Shown here piece after piece: positions 51,001 through 64,000 of a stretch of DNA of 64,000 nucleotides. Under the pieces are notes generated by a model. That model had not been told where the DNA came from, did no database searches, and saw only the letters and a list, made by a program, of their open reading frames with translations. Source of the stretch: Antedon mediterranea (lineage: Eukaryota > Animalia > Echinodermata); assembly GCF_964355755.1 (NCBI RefSeq), contig NC_092670.1, positions 27,640,388-27,704,387 of the forward strand. The letters run 5' to 3'. How positions within the stretch are numbered: the stretch's first letter is position 1; every line of letters starts with the position of its first letter. A program made the translations under genes and the position numbers.

Positions 51001-54000
51001 GCTATTCTAAGCACTTTGGTGTTTTTATGTTAACAAGTTTTATCGAAAATCACAAAATGGTGTAAAACGTCTCCAAATGCGATTTGAAGCTATTCTAAGC
51101 ACTTTGGTGTTTTTATGTTAACAAGTTTTTTCGAAAATCACAAAATGGTGTAAAACGTCTCCAAATGCGATTTTAAGCTATTCTAAGCAATTTGGTGTTT
51201 TTATGTCAACAAGTTTTTTCGAAAATCACAAAATGGTCTAAAACGTCTCCAAATGCGATTTGAAGCTATTCTGTACACTTTGCTGTTTTGTGAGAATAAT
51301 TTTTGTCGAAATGCTCAAAATGGTCAAAAACGTTTTTAAATACGATATTAAGCTATTTTGTGCTCTTTGATGTTTTTGTGTGAAAAGTTTTATCGAAATG
51401 CTCAAAATGGTCTAAAACGGTTTCTAATGTGATTTTAAGCACTTTGATGTTTTTATGTTAACAACTTTTTTAGAAAATTACAAAATGGTGTAAAACGTCT
51501 CCAAATGCGATTTGAAGCTATTCTAAGCAATTTCGTGTTTTTATGTTAACAAGTTTTTTCGAAAATCACAAAATGGTCTAAAACGTCTCCAAATGCGATT
51601 TGAAGCTATTCTAAGCACTTTTGTGTTTTTATGTTAACAAGTTTTTTCGAAAATCACAAAATGGTCTAAAATGTCTCCAAATGCGATTTTAAGGTATTCT
51701 AAGCACTTTGGTGTTTTTATGTTAACAAGTTTTTTCGAAAATCACAAAATGGTCTAAAACGTCTCCAAATGCGATTTGAAGCTATTCTAAGCACTTTGGT
51801 GTTTTTATGTTAACAAGTTTTTTCGAAAATCACAAAATGGTGTAAAACTTCTCCAAATACGATTTTAAGCTATTCTAAGCACTTTGGTGTTTTTATGTTA
51901 ACAAGTTTTTTCGAAAATTACAAAATGGTATAAAACGTCTCCAAATGCGATTTGAAGATTTTCTAAGCACTTTGGTGTTTTTATGTTAACAAGTTTTTTC
52001 GAAAATCACAAAATGGTCTAAAACGTCTCCAAATGCGATTTGAAGCTATTCTGTACACTTTGCTGTTTTGTGTGAATAATTTTTGTCGAAATGCTCAAAA
52101 TGGTCAAAAACGTTTTTAAATACGATATTAAGCTATTTTGTGCTCTTTGATGTTTTTGTGTGAAAAGTTTTATCGAAATGCTCAAAATGGTCTAAAACGG
52201 TTTCTAATGTGATTTTAAGCACTTTGATGTTTTTATGTTAACAAGTTTTTTCGAAAATTACAAAATGGTATAAAACGTCTCCAAATGCGATTTGAAGATT
52301 TTCTAAGCACTTTGGTGTTTTTATGTTTACAAGTTTTTTCGAAAATCACAAAATGGTCTAAAACGTCTCCAAATGCGATTTGAAGCTATTCTGTACACTT
52401 TGCTGTTTTGTGTGAATAATTTGGTCAAAATGCTCAAAATGGTCAAAAACGTTTTTAAATACTATATTAAGCTATTTTGTGTTCTTTGATGTTTTTGTGT
52501 GAAAAGTTTTATCGAAATGCTCAAAATGGTCTAAAACGGTTTCTAATGAAATGATTTTAAGAACTTTGATGTTTTTATGTTAACAACTTTTTTAGAAAAT
52601 CACAAAATGGTCTAAAACGTCTACAAATGCGATTTGAAGCTATTCTAAGCACTTTGGTGTTTTTATGTTAACAAGTTTTTTCGAAAATCACAAAATGGTA
52701 TAAAACGTCTCCAAATGAGATTTTAAGGTATTCTAAGCACTTTGGTGTTTTTATGTTAACAAGTTTTTTCGAAAATCACAAAATGGTCTAAAACGTCTAC
52801 AAATGCGATTTGAAGCTATTCTAAGCACTTTGGTGTTTTTATGTTAACAAGTTTTTTCGAAAATCACAAAATGGTCTAAAACGTCTCCAAATGCGATTTG
52901 AAGCTATTCTGTACACTTTGCTGTTTTGTGTGAATAATTTTTGTCGAAATGCTCAAAATGGTCAAAAACGTTTTTAAATACGATATTAAGCTATTTTGTG
53001 CTCTTTGATGTTTTTGTGTGAAAAGTTTTATCGAAATGCTCAAAATGGTCTAAAACGGTTTCTAATGTGATTTTAAGCACTTTGATGTTTTTATGTTAAC
53101 AACTTTTTTAGAAAATCACAAAATGGTCTAAAACGTCTCCAAATGCGATTTGAAGCAATTCTAAGCACTTTGGTGTTTTTATGGTAACGAGTTTTTTTGA
53201 ATATCACAAAATGGTCTAAAATGTCTCCAAATGCGATTTGAAGCTATTCTGTACACTTTGATGTTTTTTTGTTAACAAGTTTTTTCGAAAGTCACAAAAT
53301 GGTGTAAAACGTCTCCAAATGCGATTTGAAGCTATTCTAAGCACTTTGGTGTTTTTATGGTAACGAATTTTTTTGAATATCACAAAATGGTCTAAAATGT
53401 CTCCAAATGCGATTTGAAGCTATTCTAAACACTTTGGTGTTTTTATGTTAACAAGTTTTTTCGAAAATCACAAATTGGTCTAAAACGTCTCCAAATGCGA
53501 TTTGAAGCTAGTTTAAGCACTTTGGTGTTTTTGTGTAACCAAGTTTTTTCGAAAATCACAAAAGGGTCTAAAATGTCTCAAAATGCGATTTGAAGCTATT
53601 CTGTACACTTTGATGTTTTTTTTGTTAACAAGTTTTTTCGAAAGTCACAAAATGGTCTAAAACGTCTCCAAATGCGATTTGAAGCTATTCTAAGCACTTT
53701 GGTGTTTTTATGTTAACAAGTTTTTTCGAAAATCACAAAATGGTGTAAAACGTCTCTAAATGCGATTTGAAGCTATTCTAAGCAATTTGGTGTTTTTATG
53801 TTAACAAGTTTTTTCGAAAATCACAAAATGGTGTAAAACGTCTCCAAATGCGATTTTAAGCTATTCTAAGCAATTTGGTGTTTTTTTATGTTAACAAGTT
53901 TTTTCGAAAATCACAAAATGGTCTAAAACGTCTCCAAATGCGATTTGAAGCTATTCTGTACACTTTGCTGTTTTGTGTGAATAATTTTTGTTGAAATGCT

Positions 54001-57000
54001 CAAAATGGTCAAAAACGTTTTTAAATACTATATTAAGCTATTTTGTGTTCTTTGATGTTTTTGTGTGAAAAGTTTTATCGAAATGCTCAAAATGGTCTAA
54101 AACAGTTTCTAATGTGATTTTAAGCACTTTGATGTTTTTATGTTAACAACTTTTTTAGAAAATCACAAAATGGTCTAAAACGTCTCCAAATGCGATTTGA
54201 AGCAATTCTAAGCACTTTGGTGTTTTTATGTTAACAAGTTTTTTCGAAAATCACAAAATGGTATAAAACGTCTCCAAATGCGATTTGAAGCAATTCTAAG
54301 CACTTTGGTGTTTTTATGTTAACAAGTTTTTTCGAAAATCACAAAATGGTATAAAACGTCTCCAAATGCGATTTTAAGGTATTCTAAGCACTTTGGTGTT
54401 TTTATGTTAACAAGTTTTTTCGAAAATCACAAAATGGTCTAAAACGTCTCCAAATGCGATTTGAAGCTATTCTGTACACTTTGCTGTTTTGTGTGAATAA
54501 TTTTTGTCGAAATGCTCAAAATGGTCAAAAACGTTTTTAAATACGATATTAAGCTATTTTGTGCTCTTTGATGTTTTTGTGTGAAAAGTTTTATCGAAAT
54601 GCTCAAAATGGTCTAAAACGGTTTCTAATGTGATTTTAAGCACTTTGATGTTTTTATGTTAACAACTTTTTTAGAAAATCACAAAATGGTCTAAAACGTC
54701 TCCAAATGCGATTTGAAGCAATTCTAAGCACTTTGGTGTTTTTATGGTAACGAGTTTTTTTGAATATCACAAAATGGTCTAAAATGTCTCCAAATGCGAT
54801 TTGAAGCTAATCTGTACACTTTGATGTTTTTTTGTTAACAAGTTTTTTCGAAAGTCACAAAATGGTCTAAAACGTCTCCAAATGTGATTTGAAGCTATTC
54901 TAAACACTTTGGTGTTTTTATGTTAACAAGTTTTTTCGAAAATCACAAATTGGTCTAAAACGTCTCCAAATGCGATTTGAAGCTAGTTTAAGCACTTTGG
55001 TGTTTTTGTGTAACCAAGTTTTTTCGAAAATCACAAAAGGGTCTAAAATGTCTCAAAATGCGATTTGAAGCTATTCTGTACACTTTGATGTTTTTTTTGT
55101 TAACAAGTTTTTTCGAAAGTCACAAAATGGTCTAAAACGTCCCCAAATGCGATTTGAAGCTATTCTAAGCACTTTGGTGTTTTTATGTTAACAAGTTTTT
55201 TCGAAAATCACAAAATGGTGTAAAACGTCTCCAAATGCGATTTGAAGCTATTCTAAGCAATTTGGTGTTTTTATGTTAACAAGTTTTTTCGAAAATCACA
55301 AAATGGTGTAAAACGTCTCCAAATGCGATTTTAAGCTATTCTAAGCAATTTGGTGTTTTTTTATGTTAACAAGTTTTTTCGAAAATCACAAAATGGTCTA
55401 AAACGTCTCCAAATGCGATTTGTAGCTATTCTGTACACTTTGCTGTTTTGTGAGAATATTTTTTGTCGAAATGCTCAAAATGGTCAAAAACGTTTTTAAA
55501 TACGATATTAAGCTATTTTGTGCTCTTTGATGTTTTTGTGTGAAAAGTTTTATCGAAATGCTCAAAATGGTCTAAAACGGTTTCTAATGTGATTTTAAGC
55601 ACTTTGGTGTTTTTATGTTAACAAGTTTTTTCGAAAATCACAAAATGGGGTCTAAAACGTCTCCAAATGTGATTTGAAGCTATTCTAAACACTTTGGTGT
55701 TTTTATGTTAACAAGTTTTTTCGAAAATCACAAATTGGTCTAAAACGTCTCCAAATGCGATTTGAAGCTATTTTAAGCACTTTGGTGTTTTTGTGTAACC
55801 AAGTTTTTTCGAAAATCACAAAAGGGTCTAAAATGTCTCAAAATGCGATTTGAAGCTATTCTGTACACTTTGATGTTTTTTTGTTAACAAGTTTTTTCGA
55901 AAGTCACAAAATGGTCTAAAACGTCTCCAAATGCGATTTGAAGCTATTCTAAGCACTTTGCTGTTTTGTGTGAATAATTTTTGTCGAAATGCTCAAAATG
56001 GTCAAAAACGTTTTTAAATACGATTTTAAGCTATTTTGTGCTCTTTGATGTTTTTGTGTGAAAAGTTTTATCGAAATGCTCAAAATGGTCTAAAACGGTT
56101 TCTAATGTGATTTTAAGCACTTTGATGTTTTTATGTTAACAACTTTTTTAGAAAATCACAAAATGGTCTAAAACGTCTCCAAATGCGATTTGAAGCAATT
56201 CTAAGCACTTTGGTGTTTTTATGGTAACGAGTTTTTTTGAATATCACAAAATGGTCTAAAATGTCTCCAAATGCGATTTGAAGCTTTTCTAAGCACTTTG
56301 GTGTTTTTATGTTAACAAGTTTTTTCGAAAATCACAAAATGGTCTAAAACGTCTCCAAATGCGATTTGAAGCTATTCTGTACACTTTGCTGTTTTGTGTG
56401 AATAATTTTTGTCGAAATGCTCAAAATGGTCAAAAACGTTTTTAAATACGATATTAAGCTATTTTGTGCTCTTTGATGTTTTTGTGTGAAAAGTTTTATC
56501 GAAATGCTCAAAATGGTCTAAAACGGTTTCTAATGTGATTTTAAGCACTTTGATGTTTTTATGTTAACAACTTTTTTAGAAAATTACAAAATGGTGTAAA
56601 ACGTCTCCAAATGCGATTTGAAGCTATTCTAAGCAATTTGGTGTTTTTATGTTAACAAGTTTTTTCGAAAATCACAAAATGGTCTAAAACGTCTCCAAAT
56701 GCGATTTGAAGCTATTCTAAGCACTTTTGTGTTTTTATGTTAACAAGTTTTTTCGAAAATCACAAAATGGTCTAAAATGTCTCCAAATGCGATTTGAAGC
56801 TTTTCTAAGCACTTTTGTGTTTTTATGTTTACAAGTTTTTTCGAAAATCACAAAATGGTCTAAAACGTCTCCAAATGCGATTTGAAGCTATTCTGTACAC
56901 TTTGCTGTTTTGTGTGAATAATTTTTGTCAAAATGCTCAAAATGGTCAAAAACGTTTTTAAATACTATATTAAGCTATTTTGTGTTCTTTGATGTTTTTA

Positions 57001-59509
57001 TGTGAAAAGTTTTATCGAAATGCTCAAAATGGTCTAAAACGGTTTCTAATGTGATTTTAAGAACTTTGATGTTTTTATGTTAAAAACTTTTTTAGAAAAT
57101 CACAAAATGGTCTAAAACGTCTCCAAATGCGATTTGAAGCAATTCTAAGCACTTTGGTGTTTTTATGTTAACATGTTTTTTCGAAAATCACAAAATGGTC
57201 TACAACGTCTCCAAATGCGATTTGAAGATATTCTAAGCACTTTGGTGTTTTTATGTTAACAAGTTTTTTCGAAAATCACAAAGTGGTATAAAACGTCTCC
57301 AAATGCGATTTTAAGGTATTCTAAGCACTTTGGTGTTTTTATGTTAACAAGTTTTTTCGAAAATCACAAAATGGTCTAAAACGTCTCCAAATGTGATTTG
57401 AAGCTATTCTAAACACTTTGGTGTTTTTATGTTAACAAGTTTTTTTGAAAATCACAAATTGGTCTAAAACGTCTCCAAATGCGATTTGAAGCTATTTTAA
57501 GCACTTTGGTGTTTTTGTGTAACCAAGTTTTTTCGAAAATCACAAAAGGGTCTAAAATGTCTCAAAATGCGATTTGAAGCTATTCTGTACACTTTGATGT
57601 TTTTATGTTAACAACTTTTTTAGAAAATCACAAAATGGTCTAAAACGTCTCCAAATGCGATTTGAAGCAATTCTAAGCACTTTGGTGTTTTTATGGTAAC
57701 GAGTTTTTTTGAATATCACAAAATGGTCTAAAATGTCTCCAAATGCGATTTGAAGCTTTTCTAAGCACTTTGGTGTTTTTATGTTAACAAGTTTTTTCGA
57801 AAATCACAAAATGGTCTAAAACGTCTCCAAATGCGATTTGAAGCTATTCTGTACACTTTGCTGTTTTGTGTGAATAATTTTTGTCGAAATGCTCAAAATG
57901 GTCAAAAACGTTTTTAAATACGATATTAAACTATTTTGTGCTCTTTGATGTTTTTGTGTGAAAAGTTTTATCGAAATGCTCAAAATGGTCTAAAACGGTT
58001 TCTAATGTGATTTTAAGCACTTTGATGTTTTTATGTTAACAACTTTTTTCGAAAATCACAAAATGGTCTAAAACGTCTCCAAATGCGATTTGAAGCTATT
58101 CTAAGCACTTTGGTGTTTTTATGTTAACAAGTTTTTTCGAAAATCACAAAATGGTGTAAAACGTCTCCAAATGCGATTTGAAGCTATTCTAAGCAATTTT
58201 GTGTTTTTATGTTAACAAGTTTTTTCGAAAATCACAAAATGGTCTAAAACGTCTCCAAATGCGATTTGAAGCTATTCTAAGCACTTTTGTGTTTTTATGT
58301 TAACAAGTTTTTTCGAAAATCACAAAATGGTCTAAAATGTCTCAAAATGCGATTTGAAGCTATTCTGTACACTTTGCTGTTTTGTGTGAATAATTTTTGT
58401 CAAAATGCTCAAAATGGTCAAAAACGTTTTTAAATACTATATTAAGCTATTTTGTGTTCTTTGATGTTTTTGTGTGAAAAGTTTTTTCGAAATGCTCAAA
58501 ATGGTCTAAAACGGTTTCTAATGTGATTTTAAGCACTTTGATGTTTTTATGTTAACAACTTTTTTAGAAAATTACAAAATGGTCTAAAACGTCTCCAAAT
58601 GCGATTTGAAGCAATTCTAAGCACTTTGGTGTTTTTATGTTAACAAGTTTTTTCGAAAATCACAAAATGGTCTAAAACGTCTCCAAATGCGATTTGAAGC
58701 TATTCGGTACACTTTGCTGTTTTGTGTGAATAATTTTTGTTGAAATGCTCAAAATGGTCAAAAACGTTTTTAAATACGATATTAAGCTATTTTGTGCTCT
58801 TTGATGTTTTTGTGTGAAAAGTTTTATCGAAATGCTCAAAATGGTCTAAAACGGTTTCTAATGTGATTTTAAGCACTTTGGTGTTTTTATGTTAACAAGT
58901 TTTTTCGAAAATCACAAAATGGTCTAAAATGTCTCCAAATGCGATCTGAAGCTTTTCTAAGCACTTTGGTGTTTTTATGTTAACAAGTTTTTTCGAAAAT
59001 CACAAAATGGTCTAAAACGTCTCCAAATGTGATTTGAAGCTATTCTAAACACTTTGGTGTTTTTATGTTAACAAGTTTTTTCGAAAATCACAAATTGGTC
59101 TAAAACGTCTCCAAATGCGATTTGAAGCTATTTTAAGCACTTTGGTTTTTTTGTGTAACCAAGTTTTTTCGAAAATCACAAAAGGGTCTAAAATGTCTCA
59201 AAATGCGATTTGAAGCTATTCTGTACACTTTGATGTTTTTTTGTTAACAAGTTTTTTCGAAAGTCACAAAATGGTCTAAAAAGTCTCCAAATGCGATTTG
59301 AAGCTATTCTAAGCACTTTGGTGTTTTTATGTTAACAAGTTTTATCGAAAATCACAAAATGGTGTAAAACGTCTCCAAATGCGATTTGAAGCTATTCTAA
59401 GCACTTTGGTGTTTTTATGTTAACAAGTTTTTTCGAAAATCACAAAATGGTGTAAAACGTCTCCAAATGCGATTTTAAGCTATTCTAAGCAATTTGGTGT
59501 TTTTATGTT
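42545..59509 (+). repeat. Tandem duplication with 8,302-bp period (copies ~42.6-50.9 kb and ~50.9-59.5 kb)
   Basis: Offsets of 8,302 for TGAAATGA (44245/52547), TGGGGTCT (47344/55646), GTCAAC (42903/51205), TTCGGTAC (50401/58703) and TAATTTGGTC (44115/52417). The junction lies between ~50847 and ~51207. Confidence 0.9.
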
Positions 59510-62500
59510 AACAAGTTTTTTCGAAAATCACAAAATGGTCTAAAACGTCTCCAAATGCGATTTGAAGCTATTCTGTACACTTTGCTGTTTTGTGAGAATA
59601 ATTTTTGTCGAAATGCTCAAAATGGTCAAAAACGTTTTTAAATACGATATTAAGCTATTTTGTGCTCTTTGATGTTTTTGTGTGAAAAGTTTTATCGAAA
59701 TGCTCAAAATGGTCTAAAACGGTTTCTAATGTGATTTTAAGCACTTTGATGTTTTTATGTTAACAACTTTTTTAGAAAATTACAAAATGGTGTAAAACGT
59801 CTCCAAATGCGATTTGAAGCTATTCTAAGCAATTTCGTGTTTTTATGTTAACAAGTTTTTTCGAAAATCACAAAATGGTCTAAAACGTCTCCAAATGCGA
59901 TTTGAAGCTATTCTAAGCACTTTTGTGTTTTTATGTTAACAAGTTTTTTCGAAAATCACAAAATGGTCTAAAACGTCTCCAAATGCGATTTGAAGCTATT
60001 CTGTACACTTTGCTGTTTTGTGTGAATAATTTTTTGTCGAAATGCTCAAAATGGTCAAAAACGTTTTTAAATACGATATTAAGCTATTTTGTGCTCTTTG
60101 ATGTTTTTGTGTGAAAAGTTTTATCGAAATGCTCAAAATGGTCTAAAACGGTTTCTAATGTGATTTTAAGCACTTTGATGTTTTTATGTTAACAACTTTT
60201 TTAGAAAATCACAAAATGGTCTAAAACGTCTCCAAATGCGATTTGAAGCAATTCTAAGCACTTTGGTGTTTTTATGGTAACGAGTTTTTTTGAATATCAC
60301 AAAATGGTCTAAAACGTCTCCAAATGCGATTTGAAGCTTTTCTAAGCACTTTGGTGTTTTTATGTTTACAAGTTTTTTCGAAAATCACAAAATGGTCTAA
60401 AACGGCTCCAAATACGATTTGAAGCTATTCTAAGCACTTTGGTGTTTTTATGTTAACAAGTTTTTTCGAAAATCACAAAATGGTCTAAAACGTCTCCAAA
60501 TGCGATTTGAAGCTATTCTAAGCACTTTGGTGTTTTTATGTTAACAAGTTTTTTCGAAAATCACAAAATGGTGTAAAACGTCTCCAAATGCGATTTGAAG
60601 CTATTCTAAGCACTTTTGTGTTTTTATGTTAACAAGTTTTTTCGAAAATCACAAAATGGTCTAAAATGTCTCAAAATGCGATTTGAAGCTATTCTGTACA
60701 CTTTGCTGTTTTGTGTGAATAATTTTTGTCAAAATGCTCAAAATGGTCAAAAACGTTTTTAAATACTATATTAAGCTATTTTGTGTTCTTTGATGTTTTT
60801 GTGTGAAAAGTTTTTTCGAAATGCTCAAAATGGTCTAAAACGGTTTCTAATGTGATTTTAAGCACTTTGATGTTTTTATGTTAACAACTTTTTTAGAAAA
60901 TTACAAAATGGTCTAAAACGTCTCCAAATGCGATTTGAAGCAATTCTAAGCACTTTGGTGTTTTTATGTTAACAAGTTTTTTCGAAAATCACAAAATGGT
61001 CTAAAACGTCTCCAAATGCGATTTGAAGCTATTCTGTACACTTTGCTGTTTTGTGTGAATAATTTTTGTTGAAATGCTCAAAATGGTCAAAAACGTTTTT
61101 AAATACGATATTAAGCTATTTTGTGCTCTTTGATGTTTTTGTGTGAAAAGTTTTATCGAAATGCTCAAAATGGTCTAAAACGGTTTCTAATGTGATTTTA
61201 AGCACTTTGGTGTTTTTATGTTAACAAGTTTTTTCGAAAATCACAAAATGGTCTAAAACGTCTCCAAATGTGATTTGAAGCTATTCTAAACACTTTGGTG
61301 TTTTTATGTTAACAAGTTTTTTCGAAAATCACAAATTGGTCTAAAACGTCTCCAAATGCGATTTGAAGCTATTTTAAGCACTTTGGTGTTTTTGTGTAAC
61401 CAAGTTTTTTCGAAAATCACAAAAGGGTCTAAAATGTCTCAAAATGCGATTTGAAGCTATTCTGTACACTTTGATGTTTTTTTGTTAACAAGTTTTTTCG
61501 AAAGTCACAAAATGGTCTAAAAAGTCTCCAAATGCGATTTGAAGCTATTCTAAGCACTTTGGTGTTTTTATGTTAACAAGTTTTATCGAAAATCACAAAA
61601 TGGTGTAAAACGTCTCCAAATGCGATTTGAAGCTATTCTAAGCACTTTGGTGTTTTTATGTTAACAAGTTTTTTCGAAAATCACAAAATGGTCTAAAACG
61701 TCTCCAAATGCGATTTGAAGCTATTCTAAGCACTTTTGTGTTTTTATGTTAACAAGTTTTTTCGAAAATCACAAAATGGTCTAAAATGTCTCCAAATGCG
61801 ATTTTAAGGTATTCTAAGCACTTTGGTGTTTTTATGTTTTCGAAAATCACAAAATGGTCTAAAACGTCTCCAAATGCGATTTGAAGCTATTCTAAGCACT
61901 TTGGTGTTTTTATGTTAACAAGTTTTTTCGAAAATCACAAAATGGTGTAAAACTTCTCCAAATACGATTTTAAGCTATTCTAAGCAATTTGGTGTTTTTA
62001 TGTTAACAACTTTTTTAGAAAATCACAAAATGGTATAAAACGTCTCCAAATACGATTTGAAGCAATTCTAAGCACTTTGGTGTTTTTATGTTAACAAGTT
62101 TTTTCGAAAATCACAAAATGGTCTAAAATGTCTCCAAATGCGATTTTAAGGTATTCTAAGCACTTTGGTGTTTTTATGGTAACGAGTTATTTTGAAAATC
62201 ACAAAATGGTCTAAAACGTCTCCAAATGCGATTTGAAGCTATTCTGTACACTTTGCTGTTTTGTGTGAATAATTTTTGTCAAAATGCTCAAAATGGTCAA
62301 AAACGTTTTTAAATACTATATTAAGCTATTTTGTGCTCTTTGATGTTTTTGTGTGAAAAGTTTTATCGAAATGCTCAAAATGGTCTAAAACGGTTTCTAA
62401 TGTGATTTTAAGCACTTTGATGTTTTTATGTTAACAACTTTTTTAGAAAATTACAAAATGGTGTAAAACGTCTCCAAATGCGATTTGAAGCTATTCTAAG

Positions 62501-64000
62501 CAATTTGGTGTTTTTATGTTAACAAGTTTTTTCGAAAATCACAAAATGGTCTAAAACGTCTCCAAATGCGATTTGAAGCTATTCTAAGCACTTTTGTGTT
62601 TTTATGTTAACAAGTTTTTTCGAAAATCACAAAATGGTCTAAAATGTCTCCAAATGCGATTTGAAGCTTTTCTAAGCACTTTTGTGTTTTTATGTTTACA
62701 AGTTTTTTCGAAAATCACAAAATGGTCTAAAACGTCTCCAAATGCGATTTGAAGCTATTCTGTACACTTTGCTGTTTTGTGTGAATAATTTTTGTCAAAA
62801 TGCTCAAAATGGTCAAAAACGTTTTTAAATACTATATTAAGCTATTTTGTGTTCTTTGATGTTTTTATGTGAAAAGTTTTATCGAAATGCTCAAAATGGT
62901 CTAAAACGGTTTCTAATGTGATTTTAAGAACTTTGATGTTTTTATGTTAAAAACTTTTTTAGAAAATCACAAAATGGTCTAAAACGTCTCCAAATGCGAT
63001 TTGAAGCAATTCTAAGCACTTTGGTGTTTTTATGTTAACACGTTTTTTCGAAAATCACAAAATGGTCTAAAACGTCTCCAAATGCGATTTGAAGCTATTC
63101 TAAGCACTTTTGTGTTTTTATGTTAACAAGTTTTTTCGAAAATCACAAAATGGTCTAAAATGTCTCCAAATGCGATTTTAAGGTATTCTAAGCACTTTGG
63201 TGTTTTTATGTTAACAAGTTTTTTTGAAAATCACAAAATGGTCTAAAACGTCTACAAATGCGATTTGAAGCTATTCTAAGCACTTTGGTGTTTTTATGTT
63301 AACAAGTTTTTTCGAAAATCACAAAATGGTATAAAACGTCTCCAAATGCGATTTGAAGATTTTCTAAGCACTTTGGTGTTTTTATGTTTACAAGTTTTTT
63401 CGAAAATCACAAAATGGTCTAAAACGTCTCCAAATGCGATTTGAAGCTATTCTGTACACTTTGCTGTTTTGTGTGAATAATTTTGTCAAAATGCTCAAAA
63501 TGGTCAAAAACGTTTTTAAATACTATATTAAGCTATTTTGTGTTCTTTGATGTTTTTGTGTGAAAAGTTTTATCGAAATGCTCAAAATGGTCTAAAACGG
63601 TTTCTAATGAAATGATTTTAAGAACTTTGATGTTTTTATGTTAACAACTTTTTTAGAAAATCACAAAATGGTCTAAAACGTCTCCAAATGCGATTTGAAG
63701 CAATTCTAAGCACTTTGGTGTTTTTATGTTAACAAGTTTTTTCGAAAATCACAAAATGGTATAAAACCTCTCCAAATACGATTTTAAGGTATTCTAAGCA
63801 CTTTGGTGTTTTTATGTTAACAAGTTTGTTCGAAAATCACAAAATGGTCTAAAACGTCTACAAATGCGATTTGAAGCTATTCTAAGCACTTTGGTGTTTT
63901 TATGTTAACAAGTTTTTTCGAAAATCACAAAATGGTATAAAACGTCTCCAAATGAGATTTTAAGGTATTCTAAGCACTTTGGTGTTTTTATGTTAACAAG
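56440..64000 (+). repeat. Long-range copy of the window's first ~7.4 kb (offsets 56,439 / 57,055 / 56,617)
   Basis: Offset 57,055 for TTCGGTAC (1648/58703) and the ORF hits (2868/59923). Offset 56,617 for TGAAATGA (6991/63608) and CAAGTTTGTTCG (7204/63821). Offset 56,439 for GAACTTTG (622/57061). Confidence 0.87.

Larger units (their letters stand above)
1..64000. repeat. Tandem satellite DNA array, 88-bp monomer family with higher-order structure; runs off both window ends
   Basis: The motif CAAAATGGT(C/G/A)TAAAACG and its relatives recur every 77-88 bp from the first to the last line, always in the same orientation. No non-satellite interruption was seen. Roughly 740 monomers (estimate from length). 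Confidence 0.99.

Noticed and set aside
1-64000. CRISPR array or other prokaryotic repeat-spacer system
   Set aside because: There are no unique spacers, since every base belongs to a repeated monomer. There is no leader and no cas or other gene.
1-64000. Transposon insertion, strand inversion or telomeric repeat within the array
   Set aside because: No foreign sequence, orientation switch or TTAGG/TTAGGG/TTTAGGG run was seen on reading through.
1-64000. Assignment to a named satellite family, a species, or a functional centromere
   Set aside because: I do not recognise the monomer with confidence. This needs a BLAST/Dfam/Repbase search and CENH3/CENP-A data.

Overview
The whole 64 kb window is one uninterrupted, head-to-tail, single-orientation AT-rich tandem satellite array (main monomer about 32% GC). 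It is most likely eukaryotic heterochromatic or centromere-type DNA, but the host cannot be identified from the sequence. I find no credible genes, RNA genes, CRISPR array or transposon. There are three related monomer types: A (88 bp, dominant), B (87 bp) and C (77 bp, carrying a 10-bp deletion). They follow a strict grammar, [A]n-B-C, with n = 2-12 in the intervals measured. Rare diagnostic variants show nested higher-order duplications with periods of 1,900, 7,943, 8,302 and 10,554 bp. The first ~7.4 kb also recurs about 56.4-57.1 kb downstream, at the window end. The most unexpected signal is that the 88-bp monomer is a degenerate palindrome, with two dyad axes 44 bp apart and 24/43 ungapped complementary pairs against about 12 expected. 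This suggests an origin from an inverted ~44-bp dimer. All offsets and counts were made by hand, and block boundaries are approximate.
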